A stretch of DNA of 30,587 bases from a virus (IMGVR_UViG_3300032305_001540:1-30587); one strand, 5' to 3'. Positions 10,248-18,453 are shown, counted from the first letter of the stretch. The notes: generated by a model from the sequence alone, not told the origin. Program-made: numbers and translations.

Positions 10248-10559
10248 ATGGAAGAACCAAACCGCGATGGTATGTTTTTTGATGGCTATCAATGGCGATC
10301 AAAAGATGAAGCAGCAGATACAACATCTCAGAATGCATCTAACAGTCAACTTGACTACGAGTTAAGTCCACGTGAACTAGAGATTCTCAAGTCTATGTCT
10401 TCTAAGTTGACAGCCAAACAAATTGCTACAGGCCTTGGGATAAGCCACAGGACTGTCCAGTTCCACATGGACAGCATGTACTGGAAGCTTGGATGTAGTG
10501 GAGCAAAAGCACGTGACCAGGCAGTTGCTAAAGGGCGCAAAGTCGGAATCATTAAATAG
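10248..10559 (+). CDS. LuxR/GerE-family HTH transcription regulator
   Basis: LSPRELEILKSMSSKLTAKQIATGLGISHRTVQFHMDSMYWKLG matches the LuxR HTH consensus. SD AGGAGG. Confidence 0.88.
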   Translation: MEEPNRDGMFFDGYQWRSKDEAADTTSQNASNSQLDYELSPRELEILKSMSSKLTAKQIATGLGISHRTVQFHMDSMYWKLGCSGAKARDQAVAKGRKVGIIK

Positions 10560-10587
10560 TAGTACAATGTCACAAAGGAGTGACAAC

Positions 10588-10827
10588 ATGCCACAAGATA
10601 AATCAATGGGTGGACGATATGAAGTCCGCAACAGTTTTAAAGATCGTTTAGAAGGCGCAGCATATAGCAATAAAGCTAGGGTTGATACAAATAGTAAAGA
10701 TCCAGAAATGCGTTTTCAAGAGCTTGGCATGGAAGCAAAAAAACTAGCTGCATCTAAGGCAAGTGCTAGGTCAAAATCAAAGCCTAAGCCAGCGCCATCT
10801 ATGCGTAGTTTGTTGAAGATGAAATAA
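10588..10827 (+). CDS. Small basic protein
   Basis: ATG 10588 after AAAGGAG (MPQDKSMGG...). The upstream GTG start in the track is less likely. Confidence 0.6.
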   Translation: MPQDKSMGGRYEVRNSFKDRLEGAAYSNKARVDTNSKDPEMRFQELGMEAKKLAASKASARSKSKPKPAPSMRSLLKMK

Positions 10828-11075
10828 TGGGCGTTACCAAAAAACATCAAAATCCTGCAGGTGGTCTTAACGCAGCGGGTCGTGCGTATTTTAAAAAGAC
10901 TACCGGTGCTAAACTTAAGCCACCTGCCCCAGATCCTAAAACACCTAAAGACGCAGCTAGACGGAAGTCTTTTTGTGCTCGCATGTCTGGGATGAAGGCA
11001 AAGAACACTTCATCCAAGACAGCTAACGATCCAAATAGCCGGATCAATAAGTCACTACGAGCTTGGGACTGCTAG
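10827..11075 (+). CDS. Conserved small basic phage protein (DUF6321-like)
   Basis: NPAGGLNAAGR...RRKSFCARM...SRINKSLRAWDC, recalled as a widespread aquatic-phage family. DUF number is from memory. Confidence 0.7.
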   Translation: MGVTKKHQNPAGGLNAAGRAYFKKTTGAKLKPPAPDPKTPKDAARRKSFCARMSGMKAKNTSSKTANDPNSRINKSLRAWDC

Positions 11076-11341
11076 TCCCATCCAGTGTTGATGAACATTG
11101 GTGTCATCTCGCCTACGTAAGTATTGAATGTGTTGAACTCTAGGAACTCAATAGCTTCTTCATCAGATAAGCCATCTTGTTCCATGATTGCACGGATACA
11201 CAGTTCTTTACTGTACACGGCGACACCATCATCTGTTACACCAATGAACGCAGCATCAAGCCCATCAGCAAGTAACGTGTTGTCGCGATCGACAATGTTA
11301 CAGACCTCTATGATCTTTTCACGTGTAATATTGCGGAACAT
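11072..11341 (-). CDS. Conserved hypothetical phage protein
   Basis: ADGLDAAFIG...AVYS...EEAIEFLEFN...YVGEMTP motif pattern. Confidence 0.7.
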   Translation of the reverse strand: MFRNITREKIIEVCNIVDRDNTLLADGLDAAFIGVTDDGVAVYSKELCIRAIMEQDGLSDEEAIEFLEFNTFNTYVGEMTPMFINTGWD

Positions 11342-11724
11342 TATGCGAATGGATCCTCGATGTCGTCTGTCGCGACTGGCGTTCGAGCTGGCTTGGATAC
11401 TTCGCCTTGCTCGGTTTTCCTGGAATCAAGCGGGTGCGCCTCATCAATAATGATCTCCCAGACCTTCCGCTTGGATCCATCTTGGGCGTCATACGAGCGT
11501 ACACGGAGGTTACCCATGATTGCGACCATCCGGCCCTTGTTCAAGTAAGTAGCAACAAAGTCGCCAGTCTTACCAAACGCCACACAGTCAAAGAAGTCCG
11601 TCTCTTTCTCACGGCCCTTACGATCTACTGCTATACGTACCTTGACAACACTAGTCGCACTTTGCGTATTCATAACTTCAGGATCTGCAACCAAGCGTCC
11701 CGTCAAAATAACCTTATTCAGCAT
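11341..11724 (-). CDS. ssb: Single-stranded DNA-binding protein
   Basis: MLNKVILTGRLVADPE N-terminus, OB-fold motifs (TDFFDCVAFGK, GNLRVRSY) and an acidic DDIEDPF tail. Confidence 0.93.
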   Translation of the reverse strand: MLNKVILTGRLVADPEVMNTQSATSVVKVRIAVDRKGREKETDFFDCVAFGKTGDFVATYLNKGRMVAIMGNLRVRSYDAQDGSKRKVWEIIIDEAHPLDSRKTEQGEVSKPARTPVATDDIEDPFA

Positions 11725-12052
11725 CCTTACCTCCTACATGCTTTGCATACCACTGTCCTGTAACTTCATTCTCAATATGCTCTTTCACATAGTTCAACAA
11801 GATGTTGTCTTCTGATCCGTGAGCACGAACAAGTTGCATACCAATCAAGTTTCCATGAAGCCACTTACGATCAACCTGCAAGATGTCTGCCATCTTATTG
11901 ATTGACTCTTCGTACGGCATTCGTTTACCGCTCATCCACATCGAAACGTTGGGTCGATCAACGCCCATCAGCTCGGCAAAATACTTCTGAGTCATACGTT
12001 GCTTGTCAAGCAAGTGATGCAAGAACGTACGTGGTGTGTATCCATTACTCAT
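11714..12052 (-). CDS. XRE/Cro-CI family HTH regulator
   Basis: MTQKYFAELMGVDRPNVSMWMSGKRMP HTH_3 pattern. SD AAGGAGG. Confidence 0.82.
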   Translation of the reverse strand: MSNGYTPRTFLHHLLDKQRMTQKYFAELMGVDRPNVSMWMSGKRMPYEESINKMADILQVDRKWLHGNLIGMQLVRAHGSEDNILLNYVKEHIENEVTGQWYAKHVGGKDAE

Positions 12053-12101
12053 ATATCGCCACCTCCTTAATAAGTTAGTGCGTTTATGTTATCACGATAC
12101 A

Positions 12102-12136
12102 CAAACAAAAACCCCAGCATGTGCCGTGCCGGGGTT
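12102..12136 (-). terminator. Intrinsic terminator after the endolysin gene
   Basis: Minus strand AACCCCGGCA...TGCTGGGGTT stem followed by TTTGTTTG. Confidence 0.6.
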
Positions 12137-12181
12137 CCATTTGGTTAGTTGTTAGTTATTTTCGAACGATCTAAATATACC

Positions 12182-12739
12182 CTAGAAATCGAGTTTTATA
12201 AACCCACCTTTAGGGCCTAATTCAGACCAGTTTCTGACCTTCGGGTAGTATCCGTCGCCATCACGATCTACAAACTCAGAATCGTCCAATTCTGGGCTTG
12301 TGTTGCCCTCTATTGTATGCACTCCCCAGTCGCCAATCTTATCAATTACACCCATGTGTGCATGGCGCCCCATCTGCGGAAAGTGAAAGCATACAATATC
12401 TCCTTCGCGGAGAAGTTCAGGGTTTTCTTTTGCCTGAGATACGCTTATCCAGTTACCAGTACGGTATGCCCAAGCTACGTAGTCTGGCGTGTATCCAGTA
12501 CGTGGCATAGTCACATCGTAGGTAAACCCTAGATCTCGCGCTGCTTGTCGGAGTCTGAATCTAACAACAGCCACACACCAGGGAGCGCCGGGTGGGAGAG
12601 CTGGAACACAGCTAGCCAAATAAGATTCAACTGATTTTCCACGATTCTCTCCGCCTTCTTCAGTTACTCCAATGTTCAAACGGGAATTTTGGATCGCCTT
12701 GATCGCAATCGGCCTCTTGCTTGCTCTTGTCATTGTCAA
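12182..12739 (-). CDS. CHAP/NlpC-P60-type peptidoglycan hydrolase (probable endolysin)
   Basis: PWCVAVV (catalytic Cys), GDIVCF, HMGVI (His) and TIEGNT motifs. Confidence 0.82.
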   Translation of the reverse strand: MTMTRASKRPIAIKAIQNSRLNIGVTEEGGENRGKSVESYLASCVPALPPGAPWCVAVVRFRLRQAARDLGFTYDVTMPRTGYTPDYVAWAYRTGNWISVSQAKENPELLREGDIVCFHFPQMGRHAHMGVIDKIGDWGVHTIEGNTSPELDDSEFVDRDGDGYYPKVRNWSELGPKGGFIKLDF

Positions 12740-13013
12740 TATCCTTATACTTGTTATGCAGTTTCACTAGCTCCACAACCATACCGCATAGGGTTTTGTT
12801 CTTAGATATAGCGTACACCAAATACCAGATAGCTTTTAGAAGGTCGGATTGACGTGTGTTACCGTCCTTATTTCCCCTGCGATAAAGATACTTGAGTGTA
12901 CTGAACTCATATCGATCTAGTCCCCAAGCATCAGCTACATCAACCGGCTGCATGTCGCGAGCGCAACTGTAATGGCTATTAAGATCCTGTGCTTCCGAAT
13001 CCTTTGTTTCCAC
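12660..13013 (-). CDS. DUF3310 (SaV-like) protein
   Basis: SHY...PVDV...LKYLYRRGNK...DLLKAIWYL. GTG 13013 chosen because GGAGG lies upstream; start uncertain. Confidence 0.7.
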   Translation of the reverse strand: METKDSEAQDLNSHYSCARDMQPVDVADAWGLDRYEFSTLKYLYRRGNKDGNTRQSDLLKAIWYLVYAISKNKTLCGMVVELVKLHNKYKDIDNDKSKQEADCDQGDPKFPFEHWSN

Positions 13014-13437
13014 GCTCCGTATCCTCCATGAATAAATCACCTGTCACCACCTCGGTTAGTTCTACATCTGGCAGCTTATTGATCACCATCTGTGCAATCC
13101 GTGCCCCTGGTTCGACCCAGAATAGGTCACCACCGCCGTTATAGAGGATAACGCACACTTCCCCCTGATAGTCAGAATCAATCGTTCCTGGGCTATTTAA
13201 CACCATCACGCCATTCTTTGCAGCTAGTCCGCTTCTACTTCGGATCTGTGCTTCATAACCACTGGGGATATCAATACGAATGCCAGTTCTAACAATAGCA
13301 TGCTTTCCTGGATGGATAGGAATGCGTTCAGCAGTTCCGTTTGCGAGATCATAACCAGCTGATCCATGTGTCTGTCTAGCCAACTTCTGCGCTCTTGAAC
13401 GCTCGCGCATGCGTGTGTATGTAATTACTTGTGTCAT
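12979..13437 (-). CDS. dut: Trimeric dUTPase
   Basis: Motifs AGYDL, RSRSG, GTIDSDYQGE, RIAQ and RGNKGFGSTG. Confidence 0.95.
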   Translation of the reverse strand: MTQVITYTRMRERSRAQKLARQTHGSAGYDLANGTAERIPIHPGKHAIVRTGIRIDIPSGYEAQIRSRSGLAAKNGVMVLNSPGTIDSDYQGEVCVILYNGGGDLFWVEPGARIAQMVINKLPDVELTEVVTGDLFMEDTERGNKGFGSTGS

Positions 13438-13441
13438 ATGC

Positions 13442-13828
13442 CTATCTGTATTTTGCAGTCTTAGCTGCTATTGATTTTGGCTGAGCAACAAACTGTTTGC
13501 CAGCCTTGTTACCAGCAGCCTTTGCTTTGTTTGTAGCAGCTTTTTCTCCTGGAGATAAACCACTCCAAGCTTTAGCTGGAAGATAACGTTTCTTACCTTC
13601 ACTTGGTGTACCGTCACTAGTCTTCCATTTTTGTTCTGTCCATTTAGAAAGACTGTTGTCTCTAGGCTTAGGGCCAACGTATCCGCCACCAGATCCTTTG
13701 TACTTTTGCGTAGCCAGCTGCGCTTTACGCGCAGACCATTCACCAGGATCTCCACCTTTAGTACCAGCTTTTACACTAGCAACGATGGACTTCCATTTAC
13801 CCGGATCAGTTTTCTTCGCTGATGACAT
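13442..13828 (-). CDS. Conserved basic phage protein (DUF5872-like)
   Basis: WSARKAQL...GGGY...SLSKWTEQKW...RYLP...KQFV pattern. DUF number is from memory. Confidence 0.7.
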   Translation of the reverse strand: MSSAKKTDPGKWKSIVASVKAGTKGGDPGEWSARKAQLATQKYKGSGGGYVGPKPRDNSLSKWTEQKWKTSDGTPSEGKKRYLPAKAWSGLSPGEKAATNKAKAAGNKAGKQFVAQPKSIAAKTAKYR

Positions 13829-14063
13829 CGTCGTTACCTCTGCCTGGTAGTCCAGATACTTCTACCCCTGGTAATTTGCTTAATTCCCATAATGCGTAGT
13901 ACTCATCAAAAGCACTTTCATCTATTGAGTGTACATTTACATCAATAGATACTAACCACTTTTTAAATTTACCGTACTCAAAGTATCCAGCTATATAGTC
14001 ATAGATGTAGAACGCTAACGACGTAGTCGCCACACCTGCAATAAATGCTTGTAACCAGTTCAA
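13806..14063 (-). CDS. Small protein with an N-terminal hydrophobic segment
   Basis: 85 aa, TTG start after GAGGT. Confidence 0.6.
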   Translation of the reverse strand: MNWLQAFIAGVATTSLAFYIYDYIAGYFEYGKFKKWLVSIDVNVHSIDESAFDEYYALWELSKLPGVEVSGLPGRGNDDVISEEN

Positions 14064-14075
14064 TTGTTTACCTCT

Positions 14076-14972
14076 TTAAATCTCCAACGTATCTGTTACA
14101 ACTACACATGCACCATTACCTCGTACTGCACCCGGTTTTGATGTTTGTAAATTTAACATAAGCCCACCTTTAGGGAGAGTGGGAGAATCCCACAGGGCAG
14201 CGTAAGAATCTTTACGTCCATGTTTAATGAGATTTTCGCTCGTTGTCCCAGAATAAGTATCCATATACGATCCGGTTCTTAACGTAAGAACATCCCTGGT
14301 TTGTACTCTATTCTCTGGCTTAAGCACACTCTTGTGAAAAACTACCTTACTGTCACGTCCCGCTTGACGGTGGTGAGTATGCCCACGCCAAATAGCATCA
14401 GCACCTTCGATCCACATAGCAGCTCGCGAGAAAGTGATAGCACCTTTGGTTACAGGAGCTGCACCACCTGAACCGTGATGGTAATGGATAATATAATGCC
14501 CAACACGACTTGCTTCTGCGTATGGTCGCATCTGTATATGAATGAATCCGTGATATCCACCATACTGAATTTTGCCAGTTCCGCCATTTAGCATGACGAC
14601 TAGTTGTTTAACAGGCTCTATATGGTGGTACCTGGCAACGCTATCATCATGGTTTCCGTCGCCAATCATAATGATGTCGTCTTTGTATGGCTCTAGTATT
14701 TCGTAGGCCCATCTAATGCTCTCACCAAGCATGTCATCTCCGGCAGAGAACATGCGAGGATGCAAATTATTAGCCCGGTATCTTTTACGATCACCGGGCA
14801 TAATAGCGTCAAAAACATCCCCATTGATAAGGATCTTAGCTCCGCGTTTCTTAGCAGTCGCAAGCTCCTTTTCAATTAAAGCGTAATCAATATGCAGACC
14901 ACCAATATGGAGGTCACTCATTAAGCATAACAAGACGTCAGCCGTGTCAACGCAATAGTCAATAACTGTCAT
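14076..14972 (-). CDS. Calcineurin-like metallophosphoesterase
   Basis: DLH, GDVFD, GNHD, HHG and GHTH motifs in canonical order. Confidence 0.88.
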   Translation of the reverse strand: MTVIDYCVDTADVLLCLMSDLHIGGLHIDYALIEKELATAKKRGAKILINGDVFDAIMPGDRKRYRANNLHPRMFSAGDDMLGESIRWAYEILEPYKDDIIMIGDGNHDDSVARYHHIEPVKQLVVMLNGGTGKIQYGGYHGFIHIQMRPYAEASRVGHYIIHYHHGSGGAAPVTKGAITFSRAAMWIEGADAIWRGHTHHRQAGRDSKVVFHKSVLKPENRVQTRDVLTLRTGSYMDTYSGTTSENLIKHGRKDSYAALWDSPTLPKGGLMLNLQTSKPGAVRGNGACVVVTDTLEI

Positions 14973-15008
14973 TGGTTACCTCACACTATTAGTAATCAAT
15001 GACAGTAT

Positions 15009-15037
15009 ACAAACAAAAACCACCGCAAAGGGTGGTC
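15009..15037 (-). terminator. Intrinsic terminator
   Basis: Minus strand GACCACC-CTTTGC-GGTGGTT followed by TTTGTTTG, the same tail as the 12102 terminator. Confidence 0.55.
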
Positions 15038-15092
15038 TTTGTCTAATCCAGAACAGGGCTTTCTTTGTGATGCTCACCTCTTGGTGGCGTGT

Positions 15093-15383
15093 TTATTTTA
15101 CATTAGACGTGTCTGATTCTGTGTTTAACTTTTTGTATTTTTCCACAACAACTCGAATAGCGTTGTCTCCCCAAGGCACAGTCATTGGTGGGCCAGGTAC
15201 GTTCATGTCAATCAACATTTGTGACATCTGACGCCGAGTCTTACCTTCTTGATACCAAACCCAGATCATTTCCTGCGCAGCTGGATCAATCTGATCAATC
15301 AGTTTGACCATAGGCTTATAGTCACGCTTACGTTGATCACGCTCACATACAGAGCCAACCGTCTTAGCATTCATCAGGCTCAT
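15093..15383 (-). CDS. Small protein resembling a stand-alone serine-recombinase 'Recombinase' DNA-binding domain
   Basis: YQEGKTRRQMSQMLIDMNVPGP...W...IRVVV resembles the G-S-x-x-x-I-A-x-x-L-N...W...V-x-x-I-L pattern. No catalytic domain is visible. Confidence 0.5.
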   Translation of the reverse strand: MSLMNAKTVGSVCERDQRKRDYKPMVKLIDQIDPAAQEMIWVWYQEGKTRRQMSQMLIDMNVPGPPMTVPWGDNAIRVVVEKYKKLNTESDTSNVK

Positions 15384-15676
15384 GGGATACGTACACCGTC
15401 TCCATCTGGCTCACCAGCCACGTCATACTCGTTCAACTTACGTAGGTATTTCCAAGTAATCTCACCACAGTCTCTATAATATTCAGAGTGACCTGGGCGA
15501 TAGATCAACCCAAGCAAGTTATTGTCTTCAAAGTGCTGCCCATCACGGTAAACACGTATCAACAATAACTCAGGATCAGCATCAAACAACTCACGGCACT
15601 TGCGATTCAACACATCTATATGAGCTGCTTTCTCTTCAAATATCAAAGCAGTCATAATCAACGACGTATCAGTCAT
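15380..15676 (-). CDS. Hypothetical protein
   Basis: 98 aa, overlaps both neighbours. Confidence 0.6.
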   Translation of the reverse strand: MTDTSLIMTALIFEEKAAHIDVLNRKCRELFDADPELLLIRVYRDGQHFEDNNLLGLIYRPGHSEYYRDCGEITWKYLRKLNEYDVAGEPDGDGVRIP

Positions 15677-15900
15677 CTAATCCACCAAGCTTTCTTCTCT
15701 TCTTCATGGAGAAACTTATTGTCACTCATCTTCACTAGCTCGTTAACCACATCCTCAACAGACGTCTGCAAACGAACACCAATACCAAAACTAGACTCAG
15801 CAATTTGCATCCTCCTGCGGAAAACCTCCACACGATACTGCATTACAAGCATGTCTGCCAAGATCTGATCATACTCTCTACGTAACCCTTTGTCGCTCAT
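15673..15900 (-). CDS. Hypothetical protein; first gene of the leftward arm
   Basis: 75 aa, SD AAGGAGG, and TACAAT -10-like hexamer at 15932-15937 on the minus strand. Confidence 0.65.
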   Translation of the reverse strand: MSDKGLRREYDQILADMLVMQYRVEVFRRRMQIAESSFGIGVRLQTSVEDVVNELVKMSDNKFLHEEEKKAWWIR

Positions 15901-15949
15901 TAATTACCTCCTTGACGCTACGCACGTAGGTATTGTATCGTAACTTAAT

Positions 15950-16112
15950 TGTGGGGTTGGTATTTTCTACGGTGGGAGAAGGAGTAGTTGGAGATGATCT
16001 TCTGTAGGGGTGGGGGACAATATATATAAATATAGGTATAGGGGGGATTGCCATGTGGGGGTGGGGAGGGAGGGGAGGGGGAGGGATAGCTGGAGGGGGA
16101 GGGGTATATATA
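15950..16112. other. G-tract / TA-alternating low-complexity junction between the divergent arms
   Basis: GGGGGTGGGGAGGGAGGGGAGGGGGAGGG and TATATATAAA runs; no credible gene. Confidence 0.7.
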
Positions 16113-16116
16113 AAAA

Positions 16117-16271
16117 GCATACGCACCATCCGTAGGTACTGCGCATTGTCTTACCCTCACGATCTACACCCCTCACGTAGGTATAGGTATGTGGTTATGG
16201 TGGTATGCGTGGTGTATTCCCTATGATTATGTCAAGGGTTGCACGGTGATGTAATCTTTAGACGTTGGAGG
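16117..16271 (+). repeat. Cassette-head repeat R1 (boxes, -10-like hexamer, leader hairpin, SD)
   Basis: CGTAGGTA, CGATCTACA-N7-CGTAGGTAT, TGGTTATGGTG-N19-TATGAT, GTC...GAC hairpin, GGAGG. Confidence 0.85.
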
Positions 16272-16279
16272 TATGCATC

Positions 16280-16552
16280 GTGCATATCACAAAGTTTGCC
16301 TGTATCGGGCATCGTTGCAAGGTGGTGCAATATCCACCACATGACTTCGCTATCCTTTATGTTGAAGGGTACGGTTCAACAGCGTACCGCAACTATTGGA
16401 CAACGCGTCAAGTTCGCTTGGCTGTGTCAATGGTGGTGTTCAAGGAATCGCTACGACGCTCAGCACAGGCGGTAGCGCCAAGTTGCCCCGAGTGCGGTCG
16501 CGGAACCTTTGACGGTCGCGACTGTCATGAGTGCGGATACTTCACGCACTAA
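16280..16552 (+). CDS. Small protein with a C-terminal zinc ribbon
   Basis: GTG 8 nt after GGAGG; CPECG...CHECG. Confidence 0.7.
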   Translation: MHITKFACIGHRCKVVQYPPHDFAILYVEGYGSTAYRNYWTTRQVRLAVSMVVFKESLRRSAQAVAPSCPECGRGTFDGRDCHECGYFTH

Positions 16553-16606
16553 TCGTAAACCAGAGGGCGGTGACAGCGCCCTCACTTTATGGAAAGGAAA
16601 AACAAT

Positions 16607-16747
16607 ATGCAAAAACAAAAATCTTTTGGCCGACGGCTCTTTGGATGCGTCATGCTAGTTGCAACAGTTATCTGCATCTGGTCAGGCTATTCTGTTATAG
16701 CACCGGTGTTCCTTGGTGCGATAGGCATTTCTGCCTTAATCGACTAA
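16607..16747 (+). CDS. Small membrane protein (46 aa, two hydrophobic segments)
   Basis: Read by hand: MQKQKSFGRRLFGCVMLVATVICIWSGYSVIAPVFLGAIGISALID. SD GAAAGGA. Confidence 0.65.
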   Translation: MQKQKSFGRRLFGCVMLVATVICIWSGYSVIAPVFLGAIGISALID

Positions 16748-16754
16748 TCACAAT

Positions 16755-16789
16755 AGGGGAGCGCAGCTAGACTGCGCGATGATCCTTTT
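16755..16789 (+). terminator. Kink-turn-containing hairpin with a U tail, copy 1
   Basis: AGGG-GA-GCGCAG-CTAGA-CTGCGC-GAT-GA-TCCT-TTT. Confidence 0.6.
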
Positions 16790-16792
16790 AGT

Positions 16793-16952
16793 GCACCACA
16801 CACACCCTCCGCAGGTACAGGTATGTGTTATATGGCCACTCGATTTACATGCCACTCGTAGGTATGTGTCTATAGTTGTGGTGGCATCGGTGCGATATTC
16901 CCTATAATTATGTCAAGCGTTGCACATCGATGTAACGTTTAGACGGTGGAGG
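16793..16952 (+). repeat. Cassette-head repeat R2
   Basis: CGCAGGTA, CGATTTACA-N7-CGTAGGTAT, TAGTTGTGGTG-N19-TATAAT, leader hairpin, GGAGG. Confidence 0.85.
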
Positions 16953-16960
16953 TATGCATC

Positions 16961-17278
16961 ATGCATACATTAGAATCTCGCATCATGGGGTGCGACACGT
17001 TGATACGGTTTGACGGCAACACGGTTGCCGTTGAGCCTGATTCCTGCGAAGGAATCACCGCTACATCGGACATCACGCTAGATGACTTATACCATCTAGT
17101 GCGCAACCAAATATGGGCGATGCAGTATCGTCATCGCATATGGTTGCAAACCCGCGTGATTCCATGCGAGGGATGCGGACGTGACAAGAATCACGACACG
17201 TCGGCTTGCTCGTGTCCGGGATGCGCGTCATTCCGCGAACCGATGCCGTGCCAGTTTGAATGCCGGTGCGGTAAATAA
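16961..17278 (+). CDS. Small Cys-rich protein
   Basis: ATG 8 nt after GGAGG; CEGC...CSCPGC...CQFECRC. Confidence 0.7.
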   Translation: MHTLESRIMGCDTLIRFDGNTVAVEPDSCEGITATSDITLDDLYHLVRNQIWAMQYRHRIWLQTRVIPCEGCGRDKNHDTSACSCPGCASFREPMPCQFECRCGK

Positions 17279-17327
17279 TCGTAGGCTCGGGGCGGTGACA
17301 GCGCCCCGTTTGACTTTGGAGGTATGT

Positions 17328-17573
17328 ATGAAACCATTTGACGACTTCCGGGATTTCCACCCGGTACCCGGCGTTTGCACGCCCGGACATTACTTTGCAT
17401 CACCTGACGGAAAGCGGACGGTGATGCTAACTATCACGAATAGTCGTGATGGAGTGTACGCTTTTGTTGATGTGACAATCAACGGTGAACACACTCGAGT
17501 TCACGGCGAAGATGCATATTATGACTGGAAAGGCTCACGACCTTTACCAGGCCATAAAAACGGCTGGTACTAA
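17328..17573 (+). CDS. Hypothetical protein
   Basis: ATG after GGAGG (MKPFDDFRDF...). Confidence 0.7.
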   Translation: MKPFDDFRDFHPVPGVCTPGHYFASPDGKRTVMLTITNSRDGVYAFVDVTINGEHTRVHGEDAYYDWKGSRPLPGHKNGWY

Positions 17574-17578
17574 ACCAA

Positions 17579-17614
17579 AAGGGGGAGCGCAGCTAGACTG
17601 CGCGACGATCCCTT
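17579..17614 (+). terminator. Kink-turn-containing hairpin, copy 2
   Basis: AAGGGG-GA-GCGCAG-CTAGA-CTGCGC-GAC-GA-TCCCTT; weak U tail. Confidence 0.55.
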
Positions 17615-17620
17615 GTCAGA

Positions 17621-17757
17621 GCACACACTCGCCCCGCTGGTACGAGCATGTATAGCAACGTCGCGAACTACATGCAACTCGTAGGTATGTGTGTTTAGTT
17701 ATGGTGATACTGCTACGGTATTACCTATATAGATGTAGTCAGAGGAGGCTACAACGT
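17621..17757 (+). repeat. Cassette-head repeat R3
   Basis: CGCTGGTA, CGAACTACA-N7-CGTAGGTAT, TAGTTATGGTG-N19-TATATA, SD-loop hairpin. Confidence 0.85.
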
Positions 17758-18261
17758 ATGGTTATAATCCTTGCACTGCTATGCGCAGTGTTCGCTATTC
17801 TCGGTGGACTCGCGTTCATCGAAGTTCGCTCCTTGCAGTACAGACTGCAAGAAAAGCAAGGGCATTACGACGAGGCTATTATTGCCTTAGACGTATACCG
17901 TGCACGTGTCGAATTGCACAACAAACGTATCGAGTTCTACCGCACCAGCAACAACGTTGCATCTGAGTGTGTGGGCACACTGTCGAAGATGGACACGCTT
18001 CATCGTGGACGGATAGCGGAACTTACGAAAGAACTCAATGATTACAAGTTACATGCAAAGGTAGCACAGGAACTCATTGAGCGACAGACGTTTATCCTTG
18101 ACAAGCGCACCGATGAACTAAAGGTACTACGGTCGCAGTTCAACGAACACGAACTGTTGAAGCAAAAGCACGATGAACTGGTGATTAAACACCAGTTAAT
18201 CATCGATTCATTGCCTGACTGGGCCGGCGGTGAAGTCATCGACGACGAGGACGAGGACTAA
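17758..18261 (+). CDS. Membrane-anchored coiled-coil protein with an acidic tail
   Basis: N-terminal TM segment (MVIILALLCAVFAILGGLAFI), heptad-rich body, DDEDED end. Confidence 0.75.
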   Translation: MVIILALLCAVFAILGGLAFIEVRSLQYRLQEKQGHYDEAIIALDVYRARVELHNKRIEFYRTSNNVASECVGTLSKMDTLHRGRIAELTKELNDYKLHAKVAQELIERQTFILDKRTDELKVLRSQFNEHELLKQKHDELVIKHQLIIDSLPDWAGGEVIDDEDED

Positions 18262-18263
18262 AC

Positions 18264-18289
18264 GGAGGGGCTTCGGCCCCTCCACTTTT
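18264..18289 (+). terminator. Intrinsic terminator, cUUCGg loop
   Basis: GGAGGGGC-TTCG-GCCCCTCC followed by ACTTTT. Confidence 0.85.
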
Positions 18290-18299
18290 CTTGATCAGA

Positions 18300-18453
18300 G
18301 CACATACACGCCCCGCTGGTACATGTATGTTGTGCCACCTCGCGATTTACACCCACCTCGTAAGTATGTGTGTTAGTTATGGTGATACTGCTACGGTATT
18401 CCCTATGTTTATGTCAAGCGGTACACATTGATGTATACGTTTAGACATGGAGG
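18300..18453 (+). repeat. Cassette-head repeat R4
   Basis: CGCTGGTA, CGATTTACA-N7-CGTAAGTAT, TAGTTATGGTG-N19-TATGTT, leader hairpin, GGAGG. Confidence 0.85.

Noticed and set aside
15878-16176. Pro-rich minus-strand ORFs
   Set aside because: Translation artefacts of the G-tract region.
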